Shown here: piece by piece, positions 1 through 9,520 of the stretch
How positions within the stretch are numbered: the stretch's first letter is position 1
How the letters are laid out: each line of letters begins with the position of its first letter
Source: a virus
DNA length: 64,000 nt
Virus record (IMG/VR): IMGVR_UViG_3300045988_098105
Span: 1-64,000 of that record
Direction: 5' to 3' (one strand)
Notes under the pieces: generated by a model
Database searches by the model: none
Seen by the model: the letters and a program-made list of their open reading frames with translations, nothing else
What the model was told of the DNA's origin: nothing
Position numbers and translations under genes: made by a program

Positions 1-783
1 CAACCCAGACTTCCGTTTCAGTATTTCCCCAAGCAACAATGTACTTTACTTGTTCGTTATCAATCGTAAATACTGTTGTCTGTTCTTCGCCAGTGAAATC
101 AACAAGTGCAATAGGATTGCTACCTTGATTGTCGGAATATCCCCAAACTGCCTTAAATATTCCCTTAGCATACTTGCCATGATAGGTATACTTTTCACCT
201 TGACTTACTGGTATATAATCTGTGCAGTAGTTTTTGTTACTAGCAGAGCCTTGTTGAATGATACCATTTACATCAATGTAGCGGTTGATGGTAGCTTGAA
301 ATGGAGCATTATTTATTGAAGCGATAATTGATAAGTCGCTGAGTTTATTACTAACGGCTTTCTGAGACATCACCTTATCTTCTGCATTGCCTGTTTCCTG
401 AGCAACACTCTCCTTGTCGAACTTCTTAACAAGTTCAGCGTTGACCCTTGTCTGCCCTGTCTGCATCTGATAAGTGACATCAGCAGCATTGGCTTTCTTG
501 GAAATCTCTGCATCCTGCGAAGCATTCTTTACTGCAAGTTCATCAATGGCTCCTTGGGCTGTGACTGCGGTCATACCACTAGTGCTATTGCTATAAGAGA
601 CGGCATTGGCTGTAGAGGCTCCACCAGTTGCGGTGATGTCCTTGACGGCATCCTCTAGCTGATGGGTCTTGTCACCTATCTGCTGCAAGTTCTCTTGGTC
701 TCCATCAAGGAAAATCTGCTTGGCGGCTCCAAGTTTGCCTTTCTTGGTTTTGACATCAATTTCGTCTGTTAAATTTATGCTCA
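1..783 (-). CDS. tail fibre protein, N-terminal 261 codons (ORF continues past the left window edge)
   Basis: ATG at 783 (cat 781-783 on +) and the frame stays open to nt 1. It is absent from the ORF track because it has no stop in the window. The translation starts MSINLTDEIDVKTKKGKL and contains SGMTAVTAQGAIDELAVK and DKVMSQKAVSNKL, signatures I associate with phage tail fibres. It lies directly behind another fibre-like gene. Confidence 0.6.
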
Positions 784-804
784 TATTATATAATCTTTAT
801 ACGT

Positions 805-2049
805 TTATGATATTACTAAACTCCATGTAGCTGCGGTGAGAGGATTAGCGGTTCTGTATGCCTTGAAACTTCCTAGATTATTGGTGATAGTCTGAGGAGA
901 AGCAAGGGTTACATCAAATCCTGCACTGGTTACACGGCTGATAGAGAGATAACTAGGTACTACTAGCCAGATGTAATCATTATCCTTGGTTGTTACTTTT
1001 GGATTGAATGATACTCCTGTAGCTGATACCTTGCTGAGAGTATTGAGGATTTCAGCGGTCATGGTGGCTGCTGAGTTTCCTCCATAATAGCAGAGGTAGC
1101 GAGTCTGAGATATGCTTTTGCCCGTTCTGCCTTTCTTGGTTACTGCATACTTGAAGATTTCTCTTGCTCCTTCAATTGTGGTAGATAGGGTTCCACCTGA
1201 TGATGGAGTATCTGAGAGATTATTTGGGGTATTGTCGTTAACCTGCTTGCTGATGATTGAGGTGTCAGGCACAAGTGGCTTATTGTCGCTTGATACAGAA
1301 TAGCGAATCTCTGTCTGCATCGTACCTACATTCGGGGTGATGGTGAAGCCCAAGATGATTGGATATACCGTATCATTCAGCTTGGCTAGATTCTCATCAA
1401 CGTCCTGAATCATTTCTACAAGTTCATCAGGAAGACCAGTTGCAGATTCTATCGCCTTACGAAGCTCAGGGTCTAGTTTTTCCTTTTTCAACGTTCCGTC
1501 AGCAATCTTATCGTTCGTGATAGACTTCCTTGCTACCTTTTCTGTTGTTACAGACTCGTTGGCAAAATGCTTGGTTTCCAAGGATGCCTCACGGACTACT
1601 CTACCATCTACAGACTGATCTCCCAACTTCGGGTTGGTGATAGCTTTCTCCTCTACCTTCTCTGTGGTTACAGCCCGATCGTTGAGCTTCTCGGTGATGA
1701 TTGCCTTATTCTTAACCTTATCGTAGGTGACTGCCTCAGATGAAAGTTTGGAGTTATCTACCGACTGGTCGGCGATTTTCTCCTTGGTTACATTCTGATC
1801 AGCAATCTTTGAAGTTGATACGGCTCCATCGGCAAGCTTGCTTGTCGTAACGTTCTCGTCGGCTATCTTTTCTGTCTTGATGGCTCCATCGGGAAGCTTG
1901 TCTGTGCTTACCGCACCTTCTGCCAACTTCTCGGTCGTAATATTACCGTCACGAATTTTGTCTTTCGTGATGGCTTGGTCATTGATGTCGTCTGTTTTCA
2001 TCATCGGCACCATACCGCCTATTTTTGTATCGTCTCTAAATGTAGGCAT
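805..2049 (-). CDS. tail fibre / receptor-binding-like protein with tandem decapeptide repeats
   Basis: Track ORF 805..2178. I placed the start at ATG 2049 ([12 protein letters not shown]), a 14-nt overlap with the upstream ORF stop. The N-terminal half is 17 consecutive 10-residue units and the C-terminal half is non-repetitive. Confidence 0.65.
   Translation of the reverse strand: MPTFRDDTKIGGMVPMMKTDDINDQAITKDKIRDGNITTEKLAEGAVSTDKLPDGAIKTEKIADENVTTSKLADGAVSTSKIADQNVTKEKIADQSVDNSKLSSEAVTYDKVKNKAIITEKLNDRAVTTEKVEEKAITNPKLGDQSVDGRVVREASLETKHFANESVTTEKVARKSITNDKIADGTLKKEKLDPELRKAIESATGLPDELVEMIQDVDENLAKLNDTVYPIILGFTITPNVGTMQTEIRYSVSSDNKPLVPDTSIISKQVNDNTPNNLSDTPSSGGTLSTTIEGAREIFKYAVTKKGRTGKSISQTRYLCYYGGNSAATMTAEILNTLSKVSATGVSFNPKVTTKDNDYIWLVVPSYLSISRVTSAGFDVTLASPQTITNNLGSFKAYRTANPLTAATWSLVIS
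1474..1980 (-). repeat. 30-nt periodic in-frame coding repeat, about 17 units
   Basis: The translation reads [80 protein letters not shown] ... [19 protein letters not shown]. The units have diverged at the DNA level. Confidence 0.8.
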
Positions 2050-2323
2050 ATTTAATTTCTTTTGGTTCTGATGAAGTGAATATCTGAATCTTTGCGGTCT
2101 CTGGGACAACTCGCATACGAAGATAGAACTTATCTGTGTTCTTGTGGACACGGATGGGAACACGAGGTTTCTTGCCATCGCCTTTATCTTGCCGGATGAT
2201 GAGTTTGCCCGGGTGTTTGAGCGTAATCATCAGGTAGATGTCACGATGCAGAATAATCTCTGGTGATACCCATGCAAGTTCTTCCTCATTATAATTCGTT
2301 GATACATACTCCATTTTGTTCAA
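2036..2323 (-). CDS. hypothetical virion-module protein (95 aa)
   Basis: Track ORF, tightly packed in the minus-strand structural operon. No motif recognised. Confidence 0.5.
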   Translation of the reverse strand: MNKMEYVSTNYNEEELAWVSPEIILHRDIYLMITLKHPGKLIIRQDKGDGKKPRVPIRVHKNTDKFYLRMRVVPETAKIQIFTSSEPKEIKYAYI

Positions 2324-2364
2324 TTGATAATTAATAATTTATATTTAATAGCTTCCCTATCCTA

Positions 2365-3021
2365 CTACTTTGTGCTAACGCCTAGCTGCTGCAAGGCTAT
2401 CGTGTACATCTGATTTGCCTTGGTATCATCGTAGGCTGAGAGGAGGAGGAAGGCGAGATAGTAGATGAAGGCATTCGAAAGTTTATCGGGGATGGCTACA
2501 TCGGTTGTATCTGATGTTATGCTCACATTCTTTGGAACGCCTACAAAGGAAATGACGGCGTTGTCTGGTATTGGCTGCAAGAGGATGCAGATAGGATCCT
2601 CTCGCATGATTGTTGCCAAAGGACGATCTGCAGTTCCCTTTGCTGTATCATCGTACATCATAAGAGCCTCATCGTCGGTATCTTCTACTGGCGTTACTGC
2701 CTTGAACCAGCCTTCGCCACGAACTCGGGAGATATTGATAACCTCGGTATCGCTAGGCATCGTAATTGCTCCTATGCCTCTTGTTTCGTCAAAGCTTTCT
2801 ACCTTAATGGTTGAAGTAGTCGTTGCATCTACCTTCTTGGAGTCGGATAAGACGGGAGAAGATGCAGCAGTAATGGCTATCCAATGCAGCGCATCGTTTA
2901 TCTTCGACTTGATGATGTTGTCCATATACAAATCATCCTTCTCATCGGTGATTTCCGATGTATTGTTGGATTCCTCGTCTATGCACCAACGTACTGCCTT
3001 TATAATGTCTTCTACCTTCAT
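2365..3021 (-). CDS. hypothetical virion-module protein (218 aa)
   Basis: Track ORF in the structural operon. The + strand ORF 2465..3193 opposite it looks like a shadow. Confidence 0.55.
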   Translation of the reverse strand: MKVEDIIKAVRWCIDEESNNTSEITDEKDDLYMDNIIKSKINDALHWIAITAASSPVLSDSKKVDATTTSTIKVESFDETRGIGAITMPSDTEVINISRVRGEGWFKAVTPVEDTDDEALMMYDDTAKGTADRPLATIMREDPICILLQPIPDNAVISFVGVPKNVSITSDTTDVAIPDKLSNAFIYYLAFLLLSAYDDTKANQMYTIALQQLGVSTK

Positions 3022-3040
3022 TTACACCTTATTATATATA

Positions 3041-3457
3041 TTACTCCTTGCCGTAATCTGGGAAAATAAGACCAGCCTTGTCTGCATGTTTCATAGCAGT
3101 TTCAAGAGTTCTGCAATCCTTGTCAAAACGGTTGTTTATGTAATTAATAACTTCTTCCGCTGTACGGATGCCTGCTACCTCCTCTTTCTGTGACTTTTTT
3201 GTAGTCTTCTTTGCCGGTTCATCTACAATATCAGATTCCTCCAAAGTAGTACGAATCAAACTTACTTTTCCTTTGGAGAATAACTCATGAGACTCCAAAA
3301 GGTCTTGCGCATACTTATTTCGAAGTGTTATCTCAGGATATTTGTTTCCAGCGATATTTCCATGAGTAAAGTCGTATCGCATAGAATTTCCGCTGGGGGC
3401 ATTCAAAATATGGCTTGCACTATTGCATAATACATTATATCTATATGTCTTAATCAT
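3041..3457 (-). CDS. hypothetical protein (138 aa)
   Basis: Track ORF 3041..3562. I moved the start to ATG 3457 (MIKTYRYNVL) so that it no longer overlaps the end of the capsid gene at 3537. Confidence 0.5.
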   Translation of the reverse strand: MIKTYRYNVLCNSASHILNAPSGNSMRYDFTHGNIAGNKYPEITLRNKYAQDLLESHELFSKGKVSLIRTTLEESDIVDEPAKKTTKKSQKEEVAGIRTAEEVINYINNRFDKDCRTLETAMKHADKAGLIFPDYGKE

Positions 3458-3536
3458 AACTTTTTGTTTTAACAAAGGGACAGGGCTTTCAACTCCTGCC
3501 CCTCTGCGTGAATTATATATTGATGAAAAAAAACCT

Positions 3537-5237
3537 TTACGCTGCAATATCAGCTCCAGCATAGAGTTCCCACTTGGTTCCGTTGTAAACGTAAACCTTG
3601 CCCTTCTCGTACTTGGTAGAAGTATCAGAGTCTGTATAGTCGGCAGTCAATGCGAACTTAGCACCCTTGGCTGCTACCTTAGGAAGCTCTGCTACAGAAG
3701 TGATAGTTGTCGTAATTCCAGATACGCCCAAGTGAGTAATGAAAGCAGTAGGACCTACCAAGATAGAGTTGTAGCCACGGAGAGCGATACAATCTGCCTC
3801 GATGTGCATATATCGCTTAGCCTCTCTTGGGTCGTGACCGTCCTTGCTCATGTCGTTGGTCTTATCCTTGCCCTTCTCCTTCACGTAGTGGCGAGCACTC
3901 TTGAAGTCTGCACCAACCATGCAGTCCTCCATGTCCATGAAGTCGAGCGTCTGATCCCAAACGAAGTCAATAGTACCGTAGTTGTCCTTGTAGCGTGTGA
4001 ACGTAATATCAATCTCCTTGTGGGTTGTAAGAACCTCGGTGCGACCCTTAGGAATCTCGATGTTCATCAGTCGCTTGATGGCATTCTTGCCACAGAACAT
4101 AAAGATGTGGTCTGACTCAGCAAAGTCTGTGAACATAGCCATAGAGATAGCTGTCAAATCCTCGTACTTGTAGACGTCACCGATGCCATACTGGGTAGTA
4201 ATCTGATTCAAGACACCTTCGGAGAAGTAAGTATATTCAGCTGCACCATCCTCAGTAAGGGAGTGGATTCGACGCTGAACGCCAAGCCAATAAGAACGCT
4301 CTGCACGCAAGAGGAACTTGCTGAGGCCATCTGCCTTCATGTCTGAAACCTTATGAGGAATCTTCTTTTCAATCTTCTCGAAATCATCGGTGAAGACGAT
4401 TGAGAATGCTTTCTTCTGAAGATAAACCTCCTTAGAACGAGGCTGATAGTTCTCTGTAGGAACTTTCATCTGTGACTCAGACAGAGCGGTAGCACCACAA
4501 AGGAACGTTGTGCCGACAGGGATAGCTGGACACAACATATTCTCCAGATACTCGCAATCTGCACCTTCCTCTACCGCCTTACCATTTACTGCCTGCAAAG
4601 TTACCTCGGTGCGAGTCTCATTCGTACCAGTAACCAAAAGCATCAGGCGGTCTTCTGTCTGGGTGGTTGAACCAATCTTATAACCTGCCACTTTTGGTGC
4701 GAAAACTGTAGAACCCTTATAGAAAGGCTTCAATGAACCAGAGAAATTGGCGCGAGTCAACTTGATCGTTGCACCCTCAGGAATATTGGCAGTAACCTCA
4801 CCATCCAAAGTTTCACCACCAAAGCGAGCATGTTTCTTCTTGTAGCCCTTACAACCAACAGTTGTAGTGAACTTGCGAACAATGGAGAGCATAGGGTTTC
4901 GATAAGGATGGAACTTGGTGACCTCAGTATCCCAGTCTTCCTCTTCGAGTCCACCTTTGTCAATCTGCGTAGCAGAAGCCTGCGTATTGGTCAAGTCCTG
5001 ACCTGCATTGTCACCACCAGGCGCCAATAAATCCTCTTTATCCTCGTCAACAATCTCAGCACCAGCTACCTCTTCCTTTGTAGCAGGACGAGAACCCGGC
5101 TCATCCAGTTCAGGTTCTACCTTGTCAGCCATAGCCAGTACGCCGCCGCCAGTAACCACGGCAAGAAGCATCAGAATCATCTTCATGATGAACTGACCGC
5201 TTGAAAAATAATTTGAAATTTTCTTCATTTTATACAT
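3537..5237 (-). CDS. putative major capsid protein (566 aa)
   Basis: Largest ORF on the capsid side, immediately downstream of a scaffold-like protein and divergent from the portal operon. The call rests on size and position only. No fold-diagnostic motif can be verified by eye. Alternative starts exist at 5228 and further in. Confidence 0.55.
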   Translation of the reverse strand: MYKMKKISNYFSSGQFIMKMILMLLAVVTGGGVLAMADKVEPELDEPGSRPATKEEVAGAEIVDEDKEDLLAPGGDNAGQDLTNTQASATQIDKGGLEEEDWDTEVTKFHPYRNPMLSIVRKFTTTVGCKGYKKKHARFGGETLDGEVTANIPEGATIKLTRANFSGSLKPFYKGSTVFAPKVAGYKIGSTTQTEDRLMLLVTGTNETRTEVTLQAVNGKAVEEGADCEYLENMLCPAIPVGTTFLCGATALSESQMKVPTENYQPRSKEVYLQKKAFSIVFTDDFEKIEKKIPHKVSDMKADGLSKFLLRAERSYWLGVQRRIHSLTEDGAAEYTYFSEGVLNQITTQYGIGDVYKYEDLTAISMAMFTDFAESDHIFMFCGKNAIKRLMNIEIPKGRTEVLTTHKEIDITFTRYKDNYGTIDFVWDQTLDFMDMEDCMVGADFKSARHYVKEKGKDKTNDMSKDGHDPREAKRYMHIEADCIALRGYNSILVGPTAFITHLGVSGITTTITSVAELPKVAAKGAKFALTADYTDSDTSTKYEKGKVYVYNGTKWELYAGADIAA

Positions 5238-5254
5238 ATATTTATGGATTAATA

Positions 5255-6046
5255 TTAATAAGTGATACCTTCGAAGAATCCGCTCTTTGGTTTCTTCTCT
5301 TTTTTTGCCGGCTTATTTCCAGCGCCTGAACTAGAAAGTGAAGGAGGAATACCCTCGTTTGCGGAAGAGCGAACCTTATTCTGAATCTTCTCGTTTCGGG
5401 CCTGCATAGCCGCCTCGTCGCGCGCCGAAGTGATGTCAGAATCATAGTTGTTGGCATTGTGGAGCATCTTCCAAATATCATCTGAAATATCACCACTCTC
5501 TACCTTGTCGTGAATCTCGTAAATCTGGGACCACATATCCTGTGCATCATCGGGATAGAGCTTCATCAGGCGTTCAAGCGACTTGCGCATGTTGGCAGTA
5601 ACCTTCTCGGTAGCCTCGTTCTGTTCAGCCACGTCCTCGTTGTGCTTGGCGAGAATCTCAGCGAGTTTCTTGCCGCCTTCGGGATCATCAAGCAACGTCT
5701 TTACATCAATACCCAAGCGAGCCATCGCATCAAACGGATTGTCGTCCGGATTTTTCTCCATATCCATCGCCAGAGCAGCGAGCCACTTGTGCTTATCGAA
5801 TACTTTAGATAATGCCTTACCGCTCTGTTCGTACTGTCCGAGCAAATCAGCATCATCATTCATTGCCGCATAACGAGCTTCCTTGTCTTCGAAGTCGATG
5901 TCAGAATGGCGATTAGAGAAGCGCTTGGAGAAAGCTGTACGATTAGGGCGCTCATCTACAGACGTTTCATCCGTAGCAGCCTCAGCAGGTGGAGCCTGTT
6001 GAGCACCACCTTCCTCATTCATCTGTGCTAATTCTTCTTTTGTCAT
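5255..6046 (-). CDS. putative scaffolding protein (264 aa)
   Basis: Track ORF 5255..6226 trimmed to ATG 6046 (MTKEELAQMNEEGG), because the late promoter motif lies upstream of it. The protein is acidic and helix-prone with a Lys-rich C-terminus (KPAKKEKKPKSGFFEGITY), and it sits directly upstream of the capsid gene. Confidence 0.45.
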   Translation of the reverse strand: MTKEELAQMNEEGGAQQAPPAEAATDETSVDERPNRTAFSKRFSNRHSDIDFEDKEARYAAMNDDADLLGQYEQSGKALSKVFDKHKWLAALAMDMEKNPDDNPFDAMARLGIDVKTLLDDPEGGKKLAEILAKHNEDVAEQNEATEKVTANMRKSLERLMKLYPDDAQDMWSQIYEIHDKVESGDISDDIWKMLHNANNYDSDITSARDEAAMQARNEKIQNKVRSSANEGIPPSLSSSGAGNKPAKKEKKPKSGFFEGITY

Positions 6047-6073
6047 ATCTCTATACTGTTTGAAACTTTTCGG

Positions 6074-6115
6074 CAAAAATGCAAATAATTTGAAGAAGTT
6101 TTGCCGTGCTCCAAC
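6074..6115 (-). promoter_or_regulatory. late-promoter candidate for the capsid/tail operon
   Basis: The reverse complement of 6100..6115 is GTTGGAGCACGGCAAA, then an 18-nt spacer, then CATTTTTG (rc of 6074..6081). The ATG at 6046 lies 27 nt further on. Confidence 0.55.
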
Positions 6116-6132
6116 CTTGCGCTTGGTGGTTG

Positions 6133-6174
6133 GTTGGAACACGGCAAAGAAAGCCATGTTTTTGTCTATTTTTG
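6133..6174 (+). promoter_or_regulatory. late-promoter candidate for the portal/terminase operon
   Basis: GTTGGAACACGGCAAA at 6133..6148, an 18-nt spacer, then TATTTTTG at 6167..6174 (TAnnTTTG). It forms an inverted repeat with the copy at 6100..6115. Confidence 0.6.
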
Positions 6175-6189
6175 CGCCTATAATTAATA

Positions 6190-8220
6190 ATGTATAAGAA
6201 AATGGTAAAGGCAAGAATACTGACACTTAGCAAAGTGATGCCTCAACATAAGTATGACTCGGTTAAGGCTCGCAAGCGAAGACAAGAACACGGCAAGGAC
6301 GAGGAGTTACTCAGCCGATGCAGAAATGCTTGGAATAACCTGAGCGGTGTGCGAGAAACGAGGGCGAGAACGATGCGCTACTGCATGGGCGACCAATGGA
6401 GCGACACCATCAGAGTATACCATCATGGTTACTGGGAGGAAATGACGGAGCGCACCTATATGGAGAAGCGCAACCAGACACCTATGAGCAACAACATCAT
6501 GGTGAGCATACTGGAATCTATTGCCGGTCTTTATGCCAAGCAGGGAACAGAACCGGTATGCTTTGCCAGAGACAGCGACTCCCGACAACTGAGCGACATG
6601 ATGAGTGCCACGATGCAATGCAACTGGCAGACAACGTACATGCAAGATGTGCTGAACCACGCTATTAAAGACTACCTGATGGGCGGTCAGATGTTTGTCA
6701 GAGAGAGTTGGGAGGCGAAGGAGCTTGAAATGCCCGACTCATGGACAGATGCGATGGAACCCGACCACATGTTTTTTGAATGCGGCAGCGACCCTCGGCA
6801 CAACGACGTGAGTCTTATCGGAGTGCTGCATGACGTGAGCCGAGAAGACTTGTATCAGAAATTTGCCAAAAAGGAATATGGGCTTACAGAAGATGATCTG
6901 AATGCTATCTTTGATATTTATCCTTCGGACGATAACAGCTACGGCTATGAGTTTAACGAAGAGAAGGCGTTGGAGAATCTCAGTTTTGACCATAGCAACA
7001 AGGGAAGACATTACTCTAGAGTGATTGAGGTGTGGACCACGGAAACCAAACCAATGCTGCAATGCTTTGACCCTATTGCTCAAAATGTAAATGATGCTTA
7101 TTTTAGGGTAGATCGTAATGATACGGCTATGATACAAAAGCTGATAGATTTAAACAATAGGCGTAAAGAGCAGTATGACGAGGCTGGTGTGCCGGAGGAA
7201 GATAGGGCGTATATCACCAGCGAAGATACTTCCAGTAAGTACTGGTATTATACCTACATGGCTCCAGACGGAACTATCCTCTGCCAGGGCGAAACTCCAT
7301 ACGACTATAAGAGCCATCCTTTCACGATGAAACTCTATCCGTATATCAACGGAGAGATTCATCCATTCCTTGCCAACATCATAGACCAACAGCGATACAT
7401 CAACCGACTGATTGTGATGAACGACATGGCTATCAGGAGCAGTTTCAAGGGATTCAAGATGATTCCTACAAATGTGCTTAACGGCAGGACACCAGAACAG
7501 TTTATGGAAGAGGCGGTAGAGTATGACGGATGGATATTCTACAAGCCATCGGTGAAGACACCGAATGTAAAGCCAGAAATTATTACATCGAATGCCGTGA
7601 ACATCGGTACGAATGAACTCTTGCAGATAGAGCTGAACCTGATTAGAGAGGTTACCAACGTGAGCGGTGCTTTGCAGGGTAAGACCCCATCGGCAGGAAC
7701 TTCGGCAGCCAGATATGCACAGGAAAGTCAGAATGCAACCACGTCTCTGTATACCATCCTTGCCGACATGGACGTGTTCACGGAGAAGCTGGCAACCAAG
7801 AAGTGCATGACTATACAGCAGTATTACGAAGACGGAAGAAGGGTTTACGACCGGAACTTCAATACGGTTTACAAGTACGACCGCCTTTCGGCAAGAGATA
7901 TTCACTTCAAGATCAGCATCAAGAATGCAGCAGCTACGGCAGCCTTCAACACGATGCAAAACGATACGCTTGACAAGCTTCTTGATATGGGCGGTATCAA
8001 CATCATCCAGTATCTACAGAACCTCAACGCACCATTTGCAGACAAGTTGCTTGCCAGCGTACAGGAGCAGCAGGCTCAGCTTGAACAGATGTATCAGCAG
8101 CAACAGGCAATGGCTATGCAGCAAGGCGGTGGTCAGGTAGAAAACGGAATTGTGCAGGGTGCAGACCAGAATGCGGTAGCACAGGCACAGAGTGCATTAG
8201 GATATAACAGAGCAGCATAA
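6190..8220 (+). CDS. putative portal protein (676 aa)
   Basis: First large gene of the operon that also contains the terminase. The size is right and it has a Gln-rich C-terminal tail (EQQAQLEQMYQQQQAMAMQQGGGQ). ATG 6202 is an equally good start, because it gives the same 27-nt box-to-ATG distance as the other late operons. Confidence 0.6.
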   Translation: MYKKMVKARILTLSKVMPQHKYDSVKARKRRQEHGKDEELLSRCRNAWNNLSGVRETRARTMRYCMGDQWSDTIRVYHHGYWEEMTERTYMEKRNQTPMSNNIMVSILESIAGLYAKQGTEPVCFARDSDSRQLSDMMSATMQCNWQTTYMQDVLNHAIKDYLMGGQMFVRESWEAKELEMPDSWTDAMEPDHMFFECGSDPRHNDVSLIGVLHDVSREDLYQKFAKKEYGLTEDDLNAIFDIYPSDDNSYGYEFNEEKALENLSFDHSNKGRHYSRVIEVWTTETKPMLQCFDPIAQNVNDAYFRVDRNDTAMIQKLIDLNNRRKEQYDEAGVPEEDRAYITSEDTSSKYWYYTYMAPDGTILCQGETPYDYKSHPFTMKLYPYINGEIHPFLANIIDQQRYINRLIVMNDMAIRSSFKGFKMIPTNVLNGRTPEQFMEEAVEYDGWIFYKPSVKTPNVKPEIITSNAVNIGTNELLQIELNLIREVTNVSGALQGKTPSAGTSAARYAQESQNATTSLYTILADMDVFTEKLATKKCMTIQQYYEDGRRVYDRNFNTVYKYDRLSARDIHFKISIKNAAATAAFNTMQNDTLDKLLDMGGINIIQYLQNLNAPFADKLLASVQEQQAQLEQMYQQQQAMAMQQGGGQVENGIVQGADQNAVAQAQSALGYNRAA

Positions 8221-8223
8221 GAT

Positions 8224-8715
8224 ATGGAAGTACAGATAACGATAGAAATGGAGAAGGTGATGAGTGAGGTGAACAAACACTTCGCTCTCATCGGAAAACG
8301 CCTGAAAGACAAGAACGGCGATACGATGTTTGCCAAGACCACTCTATCTTCGGAAGAGAAAGGTATCATGAAGCAGTATATCAACGCTGCGGCAGAAACA
8401 TTTGTAGCAGAGCTGGCACCACAAGTAACCTATTACAAGAACGGAGACGCGATGGTGATTAAGTTTGAGAACAGCAGATGGGCAGACGTAGAAAACGGCA
8501 TTACCGTCCCATTTGAAGGCAACTTCATCGGGTATGTGATAGCCTATGTATCGAATGCAGTGTTGGGAATGACAGAAGCAGACCTAGCCAAGAAGTATGC
8601 GGAGGACATGGCTAATCATATAGCAGCTGCCATTAAGCTGATTTATCATAAGACTCCACCGGCAAGCAGCAACATGAGTCTGGCAGATATGACAGGAGAA
8701 GTAATCATTGACTAA
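8224..8715 (+). CDS. hypothetical head-module protein (163 aa)
   Basis: Track ORF, 3 nt after the portal stop. Confidence 0.55.
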   Translation: MEVQITIEMEKVMSEVNKHFALIGKRLKDKNGDTMFAKTTLSSEEKGIMKQYINAAAETFVAELAPQVTYYKNGDAMVIKFENSRWADVENGITVPFEGNFIGYVIAYVSNAVLGMTEADLAKKYAEDMANHIAAAIKLIYHKTPPASSNMSLADMTGEVIID

Positions 8716-8727
8716 AAAGGAAAAGAT

Positions 8728-9519
8728 ATGATCATAAAATTTCAAATCATCAAATCGGTAGTGATTGAAGCGGTAAAGGCAACAACCTACCTGAAAGCAA
8801 AGATAGATACTGCGGCAGACAACAATGCTGCAAAAGTAGGCTTTAACGAGGCTGCTGGCGACGACCAAGTACACGAAAGAGTGCTGACGCATGACTTCGA
8901 TACTTCGCTGGAGATTGTGAAGACGATTCTTGCCGAGTATCTTGTGCCGAACGCACAGACCATAGGAGACAACATCATCTATTACGACAACAAGACGGAT
9001 GATGTGGTAGAGTTTATCATCAACGCTTCACGAAGATGCAACGGAACGCTGACCGATACACTTGCCCGACTGGTGGCAAAGTATGTGGAAGACTACATGA
9101 CCTTCCAATGGTGGACGAGAACCACGAATCTGAAACAGGCTGAGATTTACCAAGCATCACTCGCCATTGATGAGCAGAGCATCAGAAGATGTTTCGTTCT
9201 GAGTGGTCCGGCAGTTCCTACTGTTCCTTACACACAACATCTGACCGCCAAGGTGGACGGAAGCGAAGAGGACGGAGCAGTAACCATACGTGTTGACGAT
9301 ATGAAAGTTACCCTATCCTACTCTATTGACGAAGGAACCATTGATGATATTGAGGCAAGAAGCAGCGACACTAGTATACTGGAAGTACACAGAAATCAGG
9401 AGCCACATGCTTTCTGGCTGAAACCTATCAATACAGGTGTAGCAATCATCACTCTGTTCTCCAGACACAGCGATAAACTGAAAGTGGAAGTGGAAGCAAC
9501 TGTAGCAAAGGAGGTATAA
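8728..9519 (+). CDS. hypothetical head-module protein with possible C-terminal Ig-like domain (263 aa)
   Basis: The C-terminal segment ILEVHRNQEPHAFWLKPINTGVAIITLFSRHSDKLKVEVEATV resembles bacterial Ig-like (Big_2-type) domains seen on phage decoration proteins. Confidence 0.5.
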   Translation: MIIKFQIIKSVVIEAVKATTYLKAKIDTAADNNAAKVGFNEAAGDDQVHERVLTHDFDTSLEIVKTILAEYLVPNAQTIGDNIIYYDNKTDDVVEFIINASRRCNGTLTDTLARLVAKYVEDYMTFQWWTRTTNLKQAEIYQASLAIDEQSIRRCFVLSGPAVPTVPYTQHLTAKVDGSEEDGAVTIRVDDMKVTLSYSIDEGTIDDIEARSSDTSILEVHRNQEPHAFWLKPINTGVAIITLFSRHSDKLKVEVEATVAKEV

Positions 9520-9520
9520 G

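Noticed and set aside
2465-4115. Plus-strand ORFs 2465..3193 and 3423..4115
   Set aside because: They are antisense to the tightly packed minus-strand structural genes. They have Ser/Leu/Val-rich low-information sequence and no upstream promoter box.
7150-7959. 269-aa minus-strand ORF inside the portal gene, plus 6307..6660 and 6739..7137
   Set aside because: They are antisense shadows of the portal ORF, rich in Cys/His/Arg/Val, with no operon context.
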